A stretch of DNA of 64,000 nucleotides from a virus. The notes beneath the pieces are model-generated. The model saw only the letters and a program-made list of their open reading frames with translations, searched no databases and was not told the origin of the DNA. The translations under genes and the position numbers were made by a program. The stretch lies in IMG/VR virus record IMGVR_UViG_3300042870_001850, positions 19,312 to 83,311 of that record; one strand, given 5' to 3'. Below are positions 46,615-56,690 of this stretch, one piece after another; position 1 is the first letter of the stretch; every line of letters begins with the position of its first letter.

Positions 46615-47127
46615 CTACGGGTTTTGTACGTACCCATCTTGATGTGGCCAAACGTATTCGTAATCTAAAGGCGCAATGCCGGTATCTTCAGCCCAATTAA
46701 ACTTTTTATACCAGTCATAATTCTTACAAAGTAGCGCTGTTCTGTGGGTAGAGCACATTCTTTCATAATAGTCTTTGTCAAGCATCCAACTCGGGATGAT
46801 TAGCTCCTCAGACACGCGGCCAAGCTCGAGAGCTTTATCGTAAGTCCTTTGGGTTTTTTCAAGCAAAGTTGACTTGTAGCCACGAGAGATCCACTCGTAA
46901 TAAGTTGCTGAAATGTATGACACTAGAAGTGTTTCGTGGCCGCGCCACATACGAGCCACTGGGTGGTTGTACCAGCCTTTAGGTTCTCTGTGGTTGCCTT
47001 CTGGATTCAATTTGACATTGGTTAATAGACACTGCCAAGCCTCCAGTGTTTGCTTGTGCAGACGCTTGTTGTCTATATGAGAAGCCGTTTCTTCAAATGA
47101 ATACGGTGATGTAAGAAATGATTGCAT
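46615..47127 (-). CDS. MSMEG_6728-like / pyrimidine-dimer DNA glycosylase-like protein
   Basis: MQSFL...DNKRLHKQTLEA...HPVARMWRG...THRTALLCK...YVWP. Confidence 0.8.
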   Translation of the reverse strand: MQSFLTSPYSFEETASHIDNKRLHKQTLEAWQCLLTNVKLNPEGNHREPKGWYNHPVARMWRGHETLLVSYISATYYEWISRGYKSTLLEKTQRTYDKALELGRVSEELIIPSWMLDKDYYERMCSTHRTALLCKNYDWYKKFNWAEDTGIAPLDYEYVWPHQDGYVQNP

Positions 47128-47187
47128 GATGCCGTCCTTGTGTCGTTAAGTACACTATAACACATGCACCCGCAAGATTCTTAGATT

Positions 47188-48432
47188 CTAGACTTCTGGG
47201 TACCAAGTCCGCTTAACGAAGTGACGGCTGAAGCCTTTGTCAGTGTGAAGCAAGTACTCGCGATCACCGATAAGTTCTCCTTGAGGACCAGCAGGCTGAC
47301 CTTGAAGAGCTGCCATTGCCATGTCGCCAATCCACTTACCTGCCTGAGCGGCTACTGCCTTACCCCAAGTAGATTGCAGTGCAGAGTATCCGCGTGCTTC
47401 TGAGAATTCCCAATCGTCGGGAAGACCTTGCATACGAGCAGCCTCTCTATGAGTAATTAAACGAGGCTGTGTCGGGTGAACAACATGGTCAAGGCATGAG
47501 CCAGTCAGCACATTGCACCATGAGTTTGCAGGCCAACGAGCAGGCTGTGAGAAACCAAGATCAAAATCTTTTCCTCTGATCTTTTCTGCTACACCAGCCC
47601 ATGACTGTGGGAAAGTGTCGTTGTTCTGAGCAACAGCATTGCGAAGCGCCTTACTTAAATTCTCTCTGCCTGACCAGCCACCATTACCGAGAATGTCAAA
47701 TACTTCTGAGATTCTTTGAGCATGGACGTTTGACTTTGCAATGTGTCCGTCGACAAGACCATCTTTGCGAACAAGATCCTTAACGTACTTGCTTGGAGTC
47801 TTTTTGATCTTTTGTGGATCCCATGACATTTCTAAATCTTCTAGATCGCCGATGATGTCCATGATAGTTGGCATTTCTTCAGGCGCTGTTACTGATGCAC
47901 CAAAGTTAAGACCTTCTTCAGCAGCAACCCAGAAGTAACGAGGACGGTATGAGAATCCGCCAACTTGGAGGTTGTTCATCATTACGTGATAGAGGTCGTA
48001 CTTTTTATTAGACAACGACTCAACAAGGTCACGATACTTGACCATTGCATCACGTCCTTGAGTGTATGCCTGCTGAACACATTCAAAGATAATAAGCTTA
48101 GGTTGAACCTTAGCCGCATACCGCATAAACGCGCGCGTGTGTTCGTGTGCTGCTGCGTCGGGGCCGCGATTAGCAGGACCGGACCATACAGACCAACCAG
48201 AACATGGCGGACAACCGACAACTACATCTGCTTGCTGTACTGGCCACTCTGACTCATCATCGGAAAAGAAAGAACTCCAGTTGTCACCGAGGTGATGCCT
48301 GTTGAGTTCAGCAATAGGATTGCCAAAGTTTAGCGTTCCTGTGCGAAGCCGCATTTCCATGCCTGACTGAACAAAGCCATAGCTCATAAATCCAGCGAGG
48401 CCGTTGCAGTCGATAAATGTTTTCTTAGACAT
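47188..48432 (-). CDS. Atypical DNA (cytosine-5) methyltransferase-like protein
   Basis: GCPPCSGWS (catalytic PC), FECV (for ENV), RPRYF, HP..RLITHREAARMQGLPD, GKAV. Confidence 0.8.
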   Translation of the reverse strand: MSKKTFIDCNGLAGFMSYGFVQSGMEMRLRTGTLNFGNPIAELNRHHLGDNWSSFFSDDESEWPVQQADVVVGCPPCSGWSVWSGPANRGPDAAAHEHTRAFMRYAAKVQPKLIIFECVQQAYTQGRDAMVKYRDLVESLSNKKYDLYHVMMNNLQVGGFSYRPRYFWVAAEEGLNFGASVTAPEEMPTIMDIIGDLEDLEMSWDPQKIKKTPSKYVKDLVRKDGLVDGHIAKSNVHAQRISEVFDILGNGGWSGRENLSKALRNAVAQNNDTFPQSWAGVAEKIRGKDFDLGFSQPARWPANSWCNVLTGSCLDHVVHPTQPRLITHREAARMQGLPDDWEFSEARGYSALQSTWGKAVAAQAGKWIGDMAMAALQGQPAGPQGELIGDREYLLHTDKGFSRHFVKRTWYPEV

Positions 48433-48501
48433 AGTGAGTATCCTCTATCATTCGTTATGCTTTAGTAAAACTTATCACGTCTCATTGAGAAACCGTGACC
48501 G

Positions 48502-48801
48502 CTATTTACTATCTAGTAGGCCAACTTCAAATCCACAGCCGGCGTATCCAGCAATGTCTGTCCACGTATCTGGTTGAAATCCAGATTTTGAGGCGTATCT
48601 AGCAACCTTCACTGCAACCATAGCCATAGCAACATCTTCTTTAGTAACTGGGATTCCAAAGATCACAGACCAGATTTGTGCAATACGATTAAAGTTGTTC
48701 TCTGGTCCGCCGTACTGCTTGTCGCGGTCACCAGAAATAATGCGTGCAGCGTCTTCAAGACACTCTTGGCGTGGAAGTTTCTTACTCACTGTCATCTTCA
48801 A
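48502..48801 (-). CDS. DUF6378 protein (MazG-like nucleotide pyrophosphohydrolase family)
   Basis: GDRDKQYGGPENNFNRIAQIWS...KVAR...DTWTDIAGY. Confidence 0.85.
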   Translation of the reverse strand: MKMTVSKKLPRQECLEDAARIISGDRDKQYGGPENNFNRIAQIWSVIFGIPVTKEDVAMAMVAVKVARYASKSGFQPDTWTDIAGYAGCGFEVGLLDSK

Positions 48802-48985
48802 TCTTCATTCTTACTGCAACAGTGGCTTTGTAGTGATCTACTTCATACGGTCTAATAATGAACTCAGCATCAAAAGGCAGAGGCTCGTCTTCTACATTCA
48901 TAAACTCTTGCCATGACTCATTAGCCTTATGGCGAAGTTCATCAATAGTAGAACCAATTACTTCAAACTCAATACTGACTCGCAT
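48782..48985 (-). CDS. Small hypothetical protein
   Basis: Coupled within the operon. Confidence 0.55.
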   Translation of the reverse strand: MRVSIEFEVIGSTIDELRHKANESWQEFMNVEDEPLPFDAEFIIRPYEVDHYKATVAVRMKIEDDSE

Positions 48986-49404
48986 TAGCGAATTCTTTTC
49001 TCAAGAAGATATGGCGTATAGTGAGTGCCGTCTAAGAATGGCTCTTTACCATCTGTAGAACGTATGACTACATCACCGTATCTAATAGCTGTAATCTTTC
49101 CGCGTCGCCCATTGTGAATTACACCAAGTGAGCCGTCATACGCATCTTGCTTGACACGAACTTCATCGGCAACTTTTAGAAATCCCGGCTGAGCTGGGAC
49201 CCATACTTCATCAGGATTATCGTCGATGAGAGCATGCGTAAGAGCTAACTTACTAAATAGCTCTACTGCTTCTTTTGAAGCGGCAACAGATAAACCAGCA
49301 CCGTCCCATGTTTCCAAAAGTTTAAGTACCATCTTACCGGCACCTACTTTTACTTTTGCTTGATCCATCTGAGCGCGAACCCAATCAAAATCTACTTCAG
49401 GCAT
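48985..49404 (-). CDS. Hypothetical protein with SH3/KOW-like C-terminal part
   Basis: Start reassigned to MPEVDFDWV (SD GAAAGGA); HNGRRGKITAIRYGDV. Confidence 0.65.
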   Translation of the reverse strand: MPEVDFDWVRAQMDQAKVKVGAGKMVLKLLETWDGAGLSVAASKEAVELFSKLALTHALIDDNPDEVWVPAQPGFLKVADEVRVKQDAYDGSLGVIHNGRRGKITAIRYGDVVIRSTDGKEPFLDGTHYTPYLLEKRIR

Positions 49405-49870
49405 TATTTTTCCTTTCGGGACATTGTGATTCTTTACACGATGATACGTCGTAGTCGTCCAGTGCTCTAAAGCATGCAGTACACTTAACACCCTCATCGA
49501 GAACTTTGTAGCCAGCCTTTTGCCTATTGGCATTGACTTGCATTTTCGCGAGATACTCGGCGTCAAGTTCCTCGTCAGTAGCACCAGCAGCGCATAGAAT
49601 GTTAGCAACAAAATGGAGAACATCGACACATTCTTTAAGAATTTCTTTGCGGTCTGCGTACGGTTCATCGTGTTGCCAAGGCTTCCATGAGATTGCTTTA
49701 CGAACTTCTGCAAGTTCGTCATCGATTGCGAGCATATTCCATCGGATGTACTCAATTAGATAATTAAGATCTTCTGGATCGCTGCCGTGAAGTTTGCCGT
49801 AATCGACTTTGTAAACATTCTTTTGAAGTTCACTAGTCTTTCCTAGCCAATTATTAAATAGTGTATTCAT
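49397..49870 (-). CDS. All-alpha dNTP pyrophosphatase (dimeric dUTPase/dCTPase, MazG-like)
   Basis: DELAEV...WKPW...ECVDVLHF...YLAKMQVNANRQ..GY. Confidence 0.8.
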   Translation of the reverse strand: MNTLFNNWLGKTSELQKNVYKVDYGKLHGSDPEDLNYLIEYIRWNMLAIDDELAEVRKAISWKPWQHDEPYADRKEILKECVDVLHFVANILCAAGATDEELDAEYLAKMQVNANRQKAGYKVLDEGVKCTACFRALDDYDVSSCKESQCPERKNNA

Positions 49871-49871
49871 G

Positions 49872-50882
49872 TCATTTACCGACTAACTGTTGTATATGTG
49901 TAAGTGTGTCTTGCTCATTAGCTATATTACTAATGTATTGTTCTTTTTGCGTAACAGACAGCTCGTAATGATCTATCTGAGACATTTCTTCAATTCCTGC
50001 TGCTATATGATTCCATGCATCGCCAATCTTGCTACTAGAGATCCAATCAGTTGCAATGGGAGTTCCTGCGTTAAGAGCATGAACGTATGTTGGAGACCAC
50101 CAAGTGGTCTTATCTGTGTGAGGACCAATCAGTGCACCTAAGCTTGTGACTAGTGCGCCAAAGATGTCTTCATCAGTGCGAAGCTTATTCTTCTTAATAG
50201 ATGAACATGGAAGAGTCAAAGACGCCTCCGTGTTCTTCATCCATCGTGTACTGTCATTCTCTGTAATCCATCGGCGGACCCTATTAGTCTTAAAGGCTGT
50301 ATCAGCAATGCTAAAAGAGTCAGTGCTGATACCGGCCATTGACTTAAGTGCGTTAACTGGTACACCAGGTACGCTCATGGTGTCATCTGCCCACGGTAAG
50401 CGTGGATAGACAGTACTTGGCCAATCTTTATTAAGAAGAACGGACGCACCACGAAGCACGTGCTCTCTACGAGCGTCAGACTTTATAACTGCGCTGTACC
50501 CTTTTCTTCTTGAATAGAACGGCTTAATCAATTTTGTGCCGTCCTTTTCAATCGCTCTTAAGTTAGCAAATATCTTCCACGGTTCTGGGCCATCGATAAA
50601 TAAACCTAGCTTTTCATTGTCAGCAAGCGTAGCTATAGTTGACAAAGCTCCGTATGTAGAGTTTGATGTTACACTGAGTGCTGGCGCAACACCGACAAAG
50701 ACTTTAGAATATTCTTCAAGAAAGAATGAGTTCCACTCCACAGACGGTTCTGCAAAGTGGACTTCATACTCTAGACGCTCTAAGCACTTAGCAAGTGATC
50801 CGGCAAACGACAGTGAACGATTAGCTACTGCGGATGAATGCTGTTGTGCAGTCATTCCAGTGACTAATACTTTTTTCTTCAC
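49872..50882 (-). CDS. Putative GT-B glycosyltransferase-like protein (paralogue of the next gene)
   Basis: VLVTGMTAQQ...STYGAL...FIDG...WWSP, parallel to 50885..51922. Confidence 0.5.
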   Translation of the reverse strand: MKKKVLVTGMTAQQHSSAVANRSLSFAGSLAKCLERLEYEVHFAEPSVEWNSFFLEEYSKVFVGVAPALSVTSNSTYGALSTIATLADNEKLGLFIDGPEPWKIFANLRAIEKDGTKLIKPFYSRRKGYSAVIKSDARREHVLRGASVLLNKDWPSTVYPRLPWADDTMSVPGVPVNALKSMAGISTDSFSIADTAFKTNRVRRWITENDSTRWMKNTEASLTLPCSSIKKNKLRTDEDIFGALVTSLGALIGPHTDKTTWWSPTYVHALNAGTPIATDWISSSKIGDAWNHIAAGIEEMSQIDHYELSVTQKEQYISNIANEQDTLTHIQQLVGK

Positions 50883-50884
50883 TG

Positions 50885-51922
50885 CTATTTGACCTCTGCT
50901 AATGCTCGGTGAACTGCACTCATAACTGTTTCAATAAGTTGTTCCTTAGTTGCCTGAGCCGCAAAGAACGTATCGTGCTGAGCATCTGCAAGCTCTCTTA
51001 ACTGTGAGCCATTCATTGCTTCTACTTCAGAGGCTTTAACCAAGAATGGTCCGCCAAGCGGAGCAACTTCTGCTGGATCAGCAAGCATGATTGATCGTGT
51101 GCGTGCAGTATACACAAAGCGGTTACGCCACCAGCCACTGCCGGCATGCGGATACTTTGGCGACAAGACGCCCCACGAGTTTGCGTAACGTTCTACAAGT
51201 TCGCGCTCTGTAAGTTTGGTATCTGCTTTACTTGCGCGACCGCCAATGTATTCAACAGGCCATGACAGACCCATCTTTTCTAACCACTTGTGCTGATCAG
51301 ACAACACTCCAAGAATCCACTGCTTTGATCGAATGTCGTCACTTGGAATAGGTGTATTGAATTCTTCAGCATATGGGCTGAGGTCTGCATAGCACCACTC
51401 GCGTGATGTAAGTGTATGTGTAACCTTTGAACCGTCACCCCAAGTAAACTTAGGAACAAGTGTAATCGGCCAAGGGTTGTGCAATAGCGCTTGCGCTACT
51501 GGAAAGATTTTGTCTACGTTTGCTCGTGCCCACGGGAGATCAGCACGTGCCGACCCAAGACTTTCACGAACGAGTCTATTGCTATCTTTGTTAATAGTCT
51601 TCAAACTTGTAATCAAGTTGTGCGTCTGCCAATCATCGATGTAAAACATCAAACCGCAGCCGTTTTCTTTTGCGCGCGCAACAACATCAAGTGCGCCGTA
51701 CGCGTATGTTGATCCGAGTGCAGACAGAGAAATCTGCCCACAGAGAATCAAATCGTAGCCTGAGATATCCTCATCAGGCATTGCTCTACGATGATCAACT
51801 TCACAGCCGCCGTCACGTAGTACTTCGGCAAACAAGTCTGCAACTGAGCCATACTTGACTAGTTTTCTTTGAGATCCGATGTGTTGAGCCGTGTAGCCGG
51901 TCATTAGAATTTTAATTGCCAT
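50885..51922 (-). CDS. Putative GT-B glycosyltransferase (possible DNA base glycosyltransferase)
   Basis: ILMTGYTAQH, YIDDWQ, WGVLSPKYPHAGSGWWRNRF; lies in the nucleotide-modification neighbourhood. Confidence 0.55.
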   Translation of the reverse strand: MAIKILMTGYTAQHIGSQRKLVKYGSVADLFAEVLRDGGCEVDHRRAMPDEDISGYDLILCGQISLSALGSTYAYGALDVVARAKENGCGLMFYIDDWQTHNLITSLKTINKDSNRLVRESLGSARADLPWARANVDKIFPVAQALLHNPWPITLVPKFTWGDGSKVTHTLTSREWCYADLSPYAEEFNTPIPSDDIRSKQWILGVLSDQHKWLEKMGLSWPVEYIGGRASKADTKLTERELVERYANSWGVLSPKYPHAGSGWWRNRFVYTARTRSIMLADPAEVAPLGGPFLVKASEVEAMNGSQLRELADAQHDTFFAAQATKEQLIETVMSAVHRALAEVK

Positions 51923-51946
51923 GGTTCCTCTCCTATGGTCTAAGTA

Positions 51947-51980
51947 AATGAGCGGGCATCAATTACGACACCCGCTCATT
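51947..51980 (-). terminator. Intrinsic terminator-like hairpin after the SSB gene
   Basis: AATGAGCGGG/CCCGCTCATT arms; extends to 14 bp with G-U pairs on the minus strand; weak U tail. Confidence 0.6.
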
Positions 51981-52007
51981 CATATTACTAGATTCGCGTT
52001 CTGAAAA

Positions 52008-52556
52008 TCAGAACGGAGATGCTGGCGCTGCTGCTGGTGCTTCTGCTACTGGAGCCGGTGCTGGAGCGGGCGCAGGTGCTGGAGCTGGAGCTGGAGCTGG
52101 AGCGGGCGCAGGTGCAGCTGCAACTGGTGCTGCAACTGGTGCTGCAGTACCTACAACGCTGTAGTACGCCTTGATCTCATTCTTCTTTTGGCCCTGCCAA
52201 GTGCGTGATCCAACCTGCGCACGAACATTGCGACCCTGAAGTGCTTGTTCAATTTGTGCATTGCTTGGGCTTGTTGCGAAGAACTCACGGCCGAGACCAA
52301 GTGAGTTCATCTTGCGGAAGAAGATTCCGAGTGCTGTTGGATTGTCAGTTGAAACAACGAGGTTGTCCCAAACAAGACGCTTTGCATGAGCACCGGTTTG
52401 AACCTGAGCCTTAATTGCAAACATTGTCTTACCTGACTGAGATACCTTTGCGGTAGCTTCAACAACCGTGAGGTCGTAGTCGCCGTCCGGAAGTGGATCA
52501 TAGCTGCCGACATCACCGGCGTCTTTTACTAGGTCTCCCCAGTTGAGTGTACTCAT
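52008..52556 (-). CDS. DUF669-like ssDNA-binding protein with (AP)n linker
   Basis: YDPLPDGDYD...SQSGK.M...VWDNL; ends APAPAP...SPF. Confidence 0.8.
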   Translation of the reverse strand: MSTLNWGDLVKDAGDVGSYDPLPDGDYDLTVVEATAKVSQSGKTMFAIKAQVQTGAHAKRLVWDNLVVSTDNPTALGIFFRKMNSLGLGREFFATSPSNAQIEQALQGRNVRAQVGSRTWQGQKKNEIKAYYSVVGTAAPVAAPVAAAPAPAPAPAPAPAPAPAPAPAPVAEAPAAAPASPF

Positions 52557-52580
52557 AATGTGTACCTTGTCTTTCTTGTG

Positions 52581-53354
52581 TTATTTGTTGTTGGTGGATG
52601 TTGTTGGTTCAGGTCGTGGACCAAATACTATGTCAAGCATGCGTTCAATACTTAGATCGCCTTGCTCAACTATTTTGCCGAGTCTACCTTGAACACGTTC
52701 GCCAGCTTCATACTGGTTCGTGCGCTCAACGTACATTCGGCGTGCCTTGAATGGTCCCTGCGTCGGATCTCCACTTGGGAACTCCTCAACAGTGATTGCT
52801 CCAAGAATATCGTAGAAGTAGGGCGCCTGAATTGCAAGTTGACCTTGCAAGTAAGGACGAGCTCTACCGTCTTGACTCGAGCGAGCCATTGCAGTAAGTA
52901 CAACGGCTTCGAGTGGATTAGTTGCGTGCATCGTAAGATCTCGCAAATCGCGTAGCAACGCACCCATGTGACGAAGAAGTTCGCCCCATTGCTGCATTTG
53001 CATTTGATTTGTACCAGCAATGTTATCCATGCATTTAACTTGAAGCTCAGATACCGAGTCAATAATTAAAGACTTGAACTGGTGCTTTCCAAGTTGTAGC
53101 CACTGGTACGCTTTGAGCACCGTGTCGTATTCGGTAACATTGACGACACATGTGTCCCATGTTCCGTCTGCGATAGGTGGCTCCTCTCGTAGTGGGTCCC
53201 AATACTTAACGACGATAGGGAGGAACCTGTGTCCACCTTCGACGTCAAGCATGAGACGGGGGTATGGTGCTGTGACGGCAAACGTTGATTTACCGACCTT
53301 TGATTCGCCATAGACCATCATGGTCAAAGAGCGTTGTACATTGGACATTGTCAC
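52581..53354 (-). CDS. AAA_24 / Sak4-like recombination ATPase
   Basis: YGESKVGKST, LDVEGG, IIDSVSELQ. Confidence 0.85.
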   Translation of the reverse strand: MTMSNVQRSLTMMVYGESKVGKSTFAVTAPYPRLMLDVEGGHRFLPIVVKYWDPLREEPPIADGTWDTCVVNVTEYDTVLKAYQWLQLGKHQFKSLIIDSVSELQVKCMDNIAGTNQMQMQQWGELLRHMGALLRDLRDLTMHATNPLEAVVLTAMARSSQDGRARPYLQGQLAIQAPYFYDILGAITVEEFPSGDPTQGPFKARRMYVERTNQYEAGERVQGRLGKIVEQGDLSIERMLDIVFGPRPEPTTSTNNK

Positions 53355-54328
53355 TCACTTCCTTTCATCTCTGTTGTTGGTTTGTAGTAGCCATACGGGT
53401 CGTCGACTACATACATCTCGCTAATTGCTTGTTCAGCGGCGCTGCCGTCGTCAAACAGTGGGCAAATAGCAAAGAACTGGCACTTCCACTTGCAATCTCT
53501 GCTTGGTCTTGGATACACGACATAGTGGTGATCTCCACCTTCATTAAGAGCTTTTCGGACGGTAAGCATATCGGCAACAGTTCCATGAATACGTGACCAA
53601 AAAGACCTAAGTGCAAAAGTGTTATGACGCACTTCCATCTGCTCATAGAATGGCGGCTTAGCATTTGCTGTACGCTTAACTTTCTTAAGCATTGTAAAGA
53701 TGCCACCATCAGAGCGCTCGCCTTCTTTGTTCTGCGCCGCTTCTAAAAGCATATAAGTAAGGATTTGCTCATTCATATGAGCAAGACTTGCGAACTCAGT
53801 AAATGATCCACCGACAGTCTTAAAGTCGCGGAACATACGGACACCGTCGCCCTTGCGACGAACTCGCATGTCTAACTTACCTTGAAGCTCTACTTCACCT
53901 TCAAACATAGGCATTGAGATAATTTCTTCTGTTGAGATCATTTCAAGTTCGGCATCAATACCGTTCTCGTTTACCCAATCGAGATATCCTTCAAGCATAA
54001 TGCGACCAAGTTCTGCTTCGCTATCAAGATCACTTGTATCGCGATAGCTGTCAATGAGTATTTGTTTGTCGATTTGCACTAGCTGAGAGTGAGCCTCTAG
54101 AAGTGGAGTCTCAGTTGAGTAGTAAAGATCCAATGCACCGTGAATTCTAGAACCGAGCGCCAATGCGCCAGTCATATTCTGACTTTGAGGTTGAAGACGA
54201 CGGTAGTAAGTAAGCCACCACTTACGGCGACAGTCCTTAAATGTCTGAATCTCTGAGTTAGATATTTTGATTGGCCCAGTACGTATTTCTACTGGTACCG
54301 CTAGTTCCTGTGTTTCAAACAAACTCAT
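53351..54328 (-). CDS. PD-(D/E)XK exonuclease (RecB/Cas4-like)
   Basis: SNSE...CRRKW, GSRIH, GKLD...DFKT, Q..TY, CKWKCQF...C. Confidence 0.88.
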   Translation of the reverse strand: MSLFETQELAVPVEIRTGPIKISNSEIQTFKDCRRKWWLTYYRRLQPQSQNMTGALALGSRIHGALDLYYSTETPLLEAHSQLVQIDKQILIDSYRDTSDLDSEAELGRIMLEGYLDWVNENGIDAELEMISTEEIISMPMFEGEVELQGKLDMRVRRKGDGVRMFRDFKTVGGSFTEFASLAHMNEQILTYMLLEAAQNKEGERSDGGIFTMLKKVKRTANAKPPFYEQMEVRHNTFALRSFWSRIHGTVADMLTVRKALNEGGDHHYVVYPRPSRDCKWKCQFFAICPLFDDGSAAEQAISEMYVVDDPYGYYKPTTEMKGSE

Positions 54329-56121
54329 AATGTCCCTGCCTTGTCGTCTCTGAGCATTTTTGCTAGTTGAGCTTTATCGCGAACAATTTGTTCAAAATTG
54401 TCTGCTTTGCTATCGAGTACTTGAATTACTCGTTCTTCAATAGTTCCTTCGGTGACGTAGTCCATAATGACAATGCTGTCATGGATTTCGCTACCAATAC
54501 GATGCACACGGTCAAGTGCTTGTTTGTAATCAACAAGCGACCATGGACGTTGAAGCATGACAAGACGTCGTGCGGCTGTAAGTGTAATACCGACACCACC
54601 TGCTTGAGCAGTAAACAGGATCCACTTAATTTTTCCAGACTGGAAGTCATCAACGGCTTTCTGTCGCTCATCTTCGTCCTGTGCGCCAGTAATTAACCCA
54701 TGAGGAATCTTTGCCTTTATCATTGCGGCACTTAGTAAGTCAATCAATTGGCGAGACACTGCGCAGACCGCAACCGAGTCGTCTCCAAAGTCACCACTTG
54801 AGATATCGTCCATGAGAGCATCTACCTTGCACGAAGGTTCAGCAAGAAGAGCTTTCATTTCGCCAGTCATCTCATCGACATCTATTTCAGCGTATGAACT
54901 AGAGAATTGAAGAAGTCTAGTCGTCTGCGTAAGCGGACTCGGTGCTGTGAGAGCTTCACCGCCATCAAGTTCAGCAATCATTAGATCACGCATTTGCTTG
55001 TATGCCTTTGCCTGCTTCGTTGACATCTCAACATCACGGCGTTCTTTCATAACTGGTGGAAGCCATGGAAGTACGCGTGCTTTAAGCATTCGGCGCATAC
55101 GAGGGTGTACAGCTGCGTAGAATTCATCGTTCATGTGAGGCTTTACGCCAATTACAAGCATTCCGCCAAAGGCATTCAGCATTGTGTCTACCATGCGATC
55201 AATCCAGCGTGTCTTACTTGGCCACTCAGTTGGCGACAGCCAGTGAAGAATAGACCAAAGATCGAGAACATTGTTAGCAATTGGCGTACCAGTTAGTGCA
55301 TAACGAATATCAGCATCACCAGTCGCTGCCCAGAGAGCACGGGTCTGCTTTGATTTAGGTTCTTTAGAGCGATGGATTTCGTCTGCGACTACTGCTTTGA
55401 AATCAATTGTATTGAGTTCACGCACATGCACTTCGCAGCGATTCTCTGTTACTTTTTCATCATGGCCGCCGCACTGTGGACAGCGCGCCAAAGCTACAGA
55501 GCCGTAAGGAGCAAGTCGCGAATGAGAACGCAGGGATTCCCAGTTAATAACAAATACATCGGTGTCTTCTTCGAACTGCTTGCGCCGCTGTGCTGCCGAG
55601 CCTGTAATAACAGTTACCCGAACATCAGGCCACCACATTCCAAACTCACGCTTCCAGTTTTTCTTAAGCGTGTTTGGGCAAACAATAAGAGCAGGGAATA
55701 CTTGCTCGGTCTCTTTTAACTTCTTAAGAGCGCGGATAGTCTGTGCTGTCTTTCCAAGACCAGGCTCGTCAGCAAGAAGAGCTCTGCGAGCAGTGGCAAG
55801 GAAGGCTACACCAGCACGCTGATGAGGGAATAGATCTTGATCGCCTTCAGCGTCTTCCAAGTCTCTAAGCTCATTGGCTGGAGTAACTCGTGTAACCAAT
55901 TCGTTTTGTGCCCAATCAGCAAGACCTGGTCCAATCTGAAGAGCGTCCTTAAAAGTGGAACGAAGAGCAAGACAAGTAGCCCAGCTTAATGGAGCTTTCC
56001 ATCGTTGCTCTTTTGCAGACCATGCTGCGCCTGGGATACTCTTACAGAGTTCCTTAAAACGCCACTCCGTTGCGATAGTAATCGCGTCCTTTGTGTCGTT
56101 CACTTCTACTGCTACTGCCAC
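54325..56121 (-). CDS. SNF2-family helicase
   Basis: LADEPGLGKT, DEIH, LTGTP, GGVGITL, QALDRVHRIG. Confidence 0.92.
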   Translation of the reverse strand: MAVAVEVNDTKDAITIATEWRFKELCKSIPGAAWSAKEQRWKAPLSWATCLALRSTFKDALQIGPGLADWAQNELVTRVTPANELRDLEDAEGDQDLFPHQRAGVAFLATARRALLADEPGLGKTAQTIRALKKLKETEQVFPALIVCPNTLKKNWKREFGMWWPDVRVTVITGSAAQRRKQFEEDTDVFVINWESLRSHSRLAPYGSVALARCPQCGGHDEKVTENRCEVHVRELNTIDFKAVVADEIHRSKEPKSKQTRALWAATGDADIRYALTGTPIANNVLDLWSILHWLSPTEWPSKTRWIDRMVDTMLNAFGGMLVIGVKPHMNDEFYAAVHPRMRRMLKARVLPWLPPVMKERRDVEMSTKQAKAYKQMRDLMIAELDGGEALTAPSPLTQTTRLLQFSSSYAEIDVDEMTGEMKALLAEPSCKVDALMDDISSGDFGDDSVAVCAVSRQLIDLLSAAMIKAKIPHGLITGAQDEDERQKAVDDFQSGKIKWILFTAQAGGVGITLTAARRLVMLQRPWSLVDYKQALDRVHRIGSEIHDSIVIMDYVTEGTIEERVIQVLDSKADNFEQIVRDKAQLAKMLRDDKAGTL

Positions 56122-56219
56122 TATTGGGCCTTTCGTTATCGTTGTGTCGTTTCATACTATACCAGGTACTAAGAGGAAATGTGCCAACTGTCAACAAATT
56201 CTTTCTTAGTACATTATAA

Positions 56220-56690
56220 TTACTGCAGAAGTCGCATTGGCTTCCAGCCAGTTTTTACTAAACGAAGAAGACCATGGCGTACAGCGTCTAATGCGTGACC
56301 TTCGCCGCCTTTATGCCAGTATTCAAGTTTCTTTAGAGTTTCATTAGGGAACATTTTCTTGGCGTCAGATGGTGACTGAAAGATCAACTCATCTGGGTCA
56401 ATACCACAATCAAGCATGATGTACTTGAGAACTCCAATTTGCTCAAGGCTAAATGGAGCTTGACTATTGCGGACCGTCTGCGCGTTAATGATGAATCGCT
56501 CACACACAATGTCAATCTTCATATTCATTGCTTGAGCATACTTGATTGTTTCGTAGATTGGAATGTGGTATTCACGGAGCTGATACTCTCCAGACTTTTC
56601 AAGAACAGGTTCTTGTCCGTCAGCAGTAGAAAAAGTACAAATGCCGCTGGCTTTTCCAGGGTCTACAGCAAGAATAATCTTATTTGTCAT
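56220..56690 (-). CDS. RuvC-like Holliday junction resolvase
   Basis: ILAVDPGKASG, VCERF, HALDAVRH. Confidence 0.75.
   Translation of the reverse strand: MTNKIILAVDPGKASGICTFSTADGQEPVLEKSGEYQLREYHIPIYETIKYAQAMNMKIDIVCERFIINAQTVRNSQAPFSLEQIGVLKYIMLDCGIDPDELIFQSPSDAKKMFPNETLKKLEYWHKGGEGHALDAVRHGLLRLVKTGWKPMRLLQ

Noticed and set aside
48985-49755. 256-aa ORF as called in the track
   Set aside because: Its first 117 codons overlap the dNTP pyrophosphatase gene. The real start is probably 49404.
53351-54328. Cas4-like nuclease as a CRISPR component
   Set aside because: It lies in the standard phage exonuclease-ATPase-SSB recombination module.
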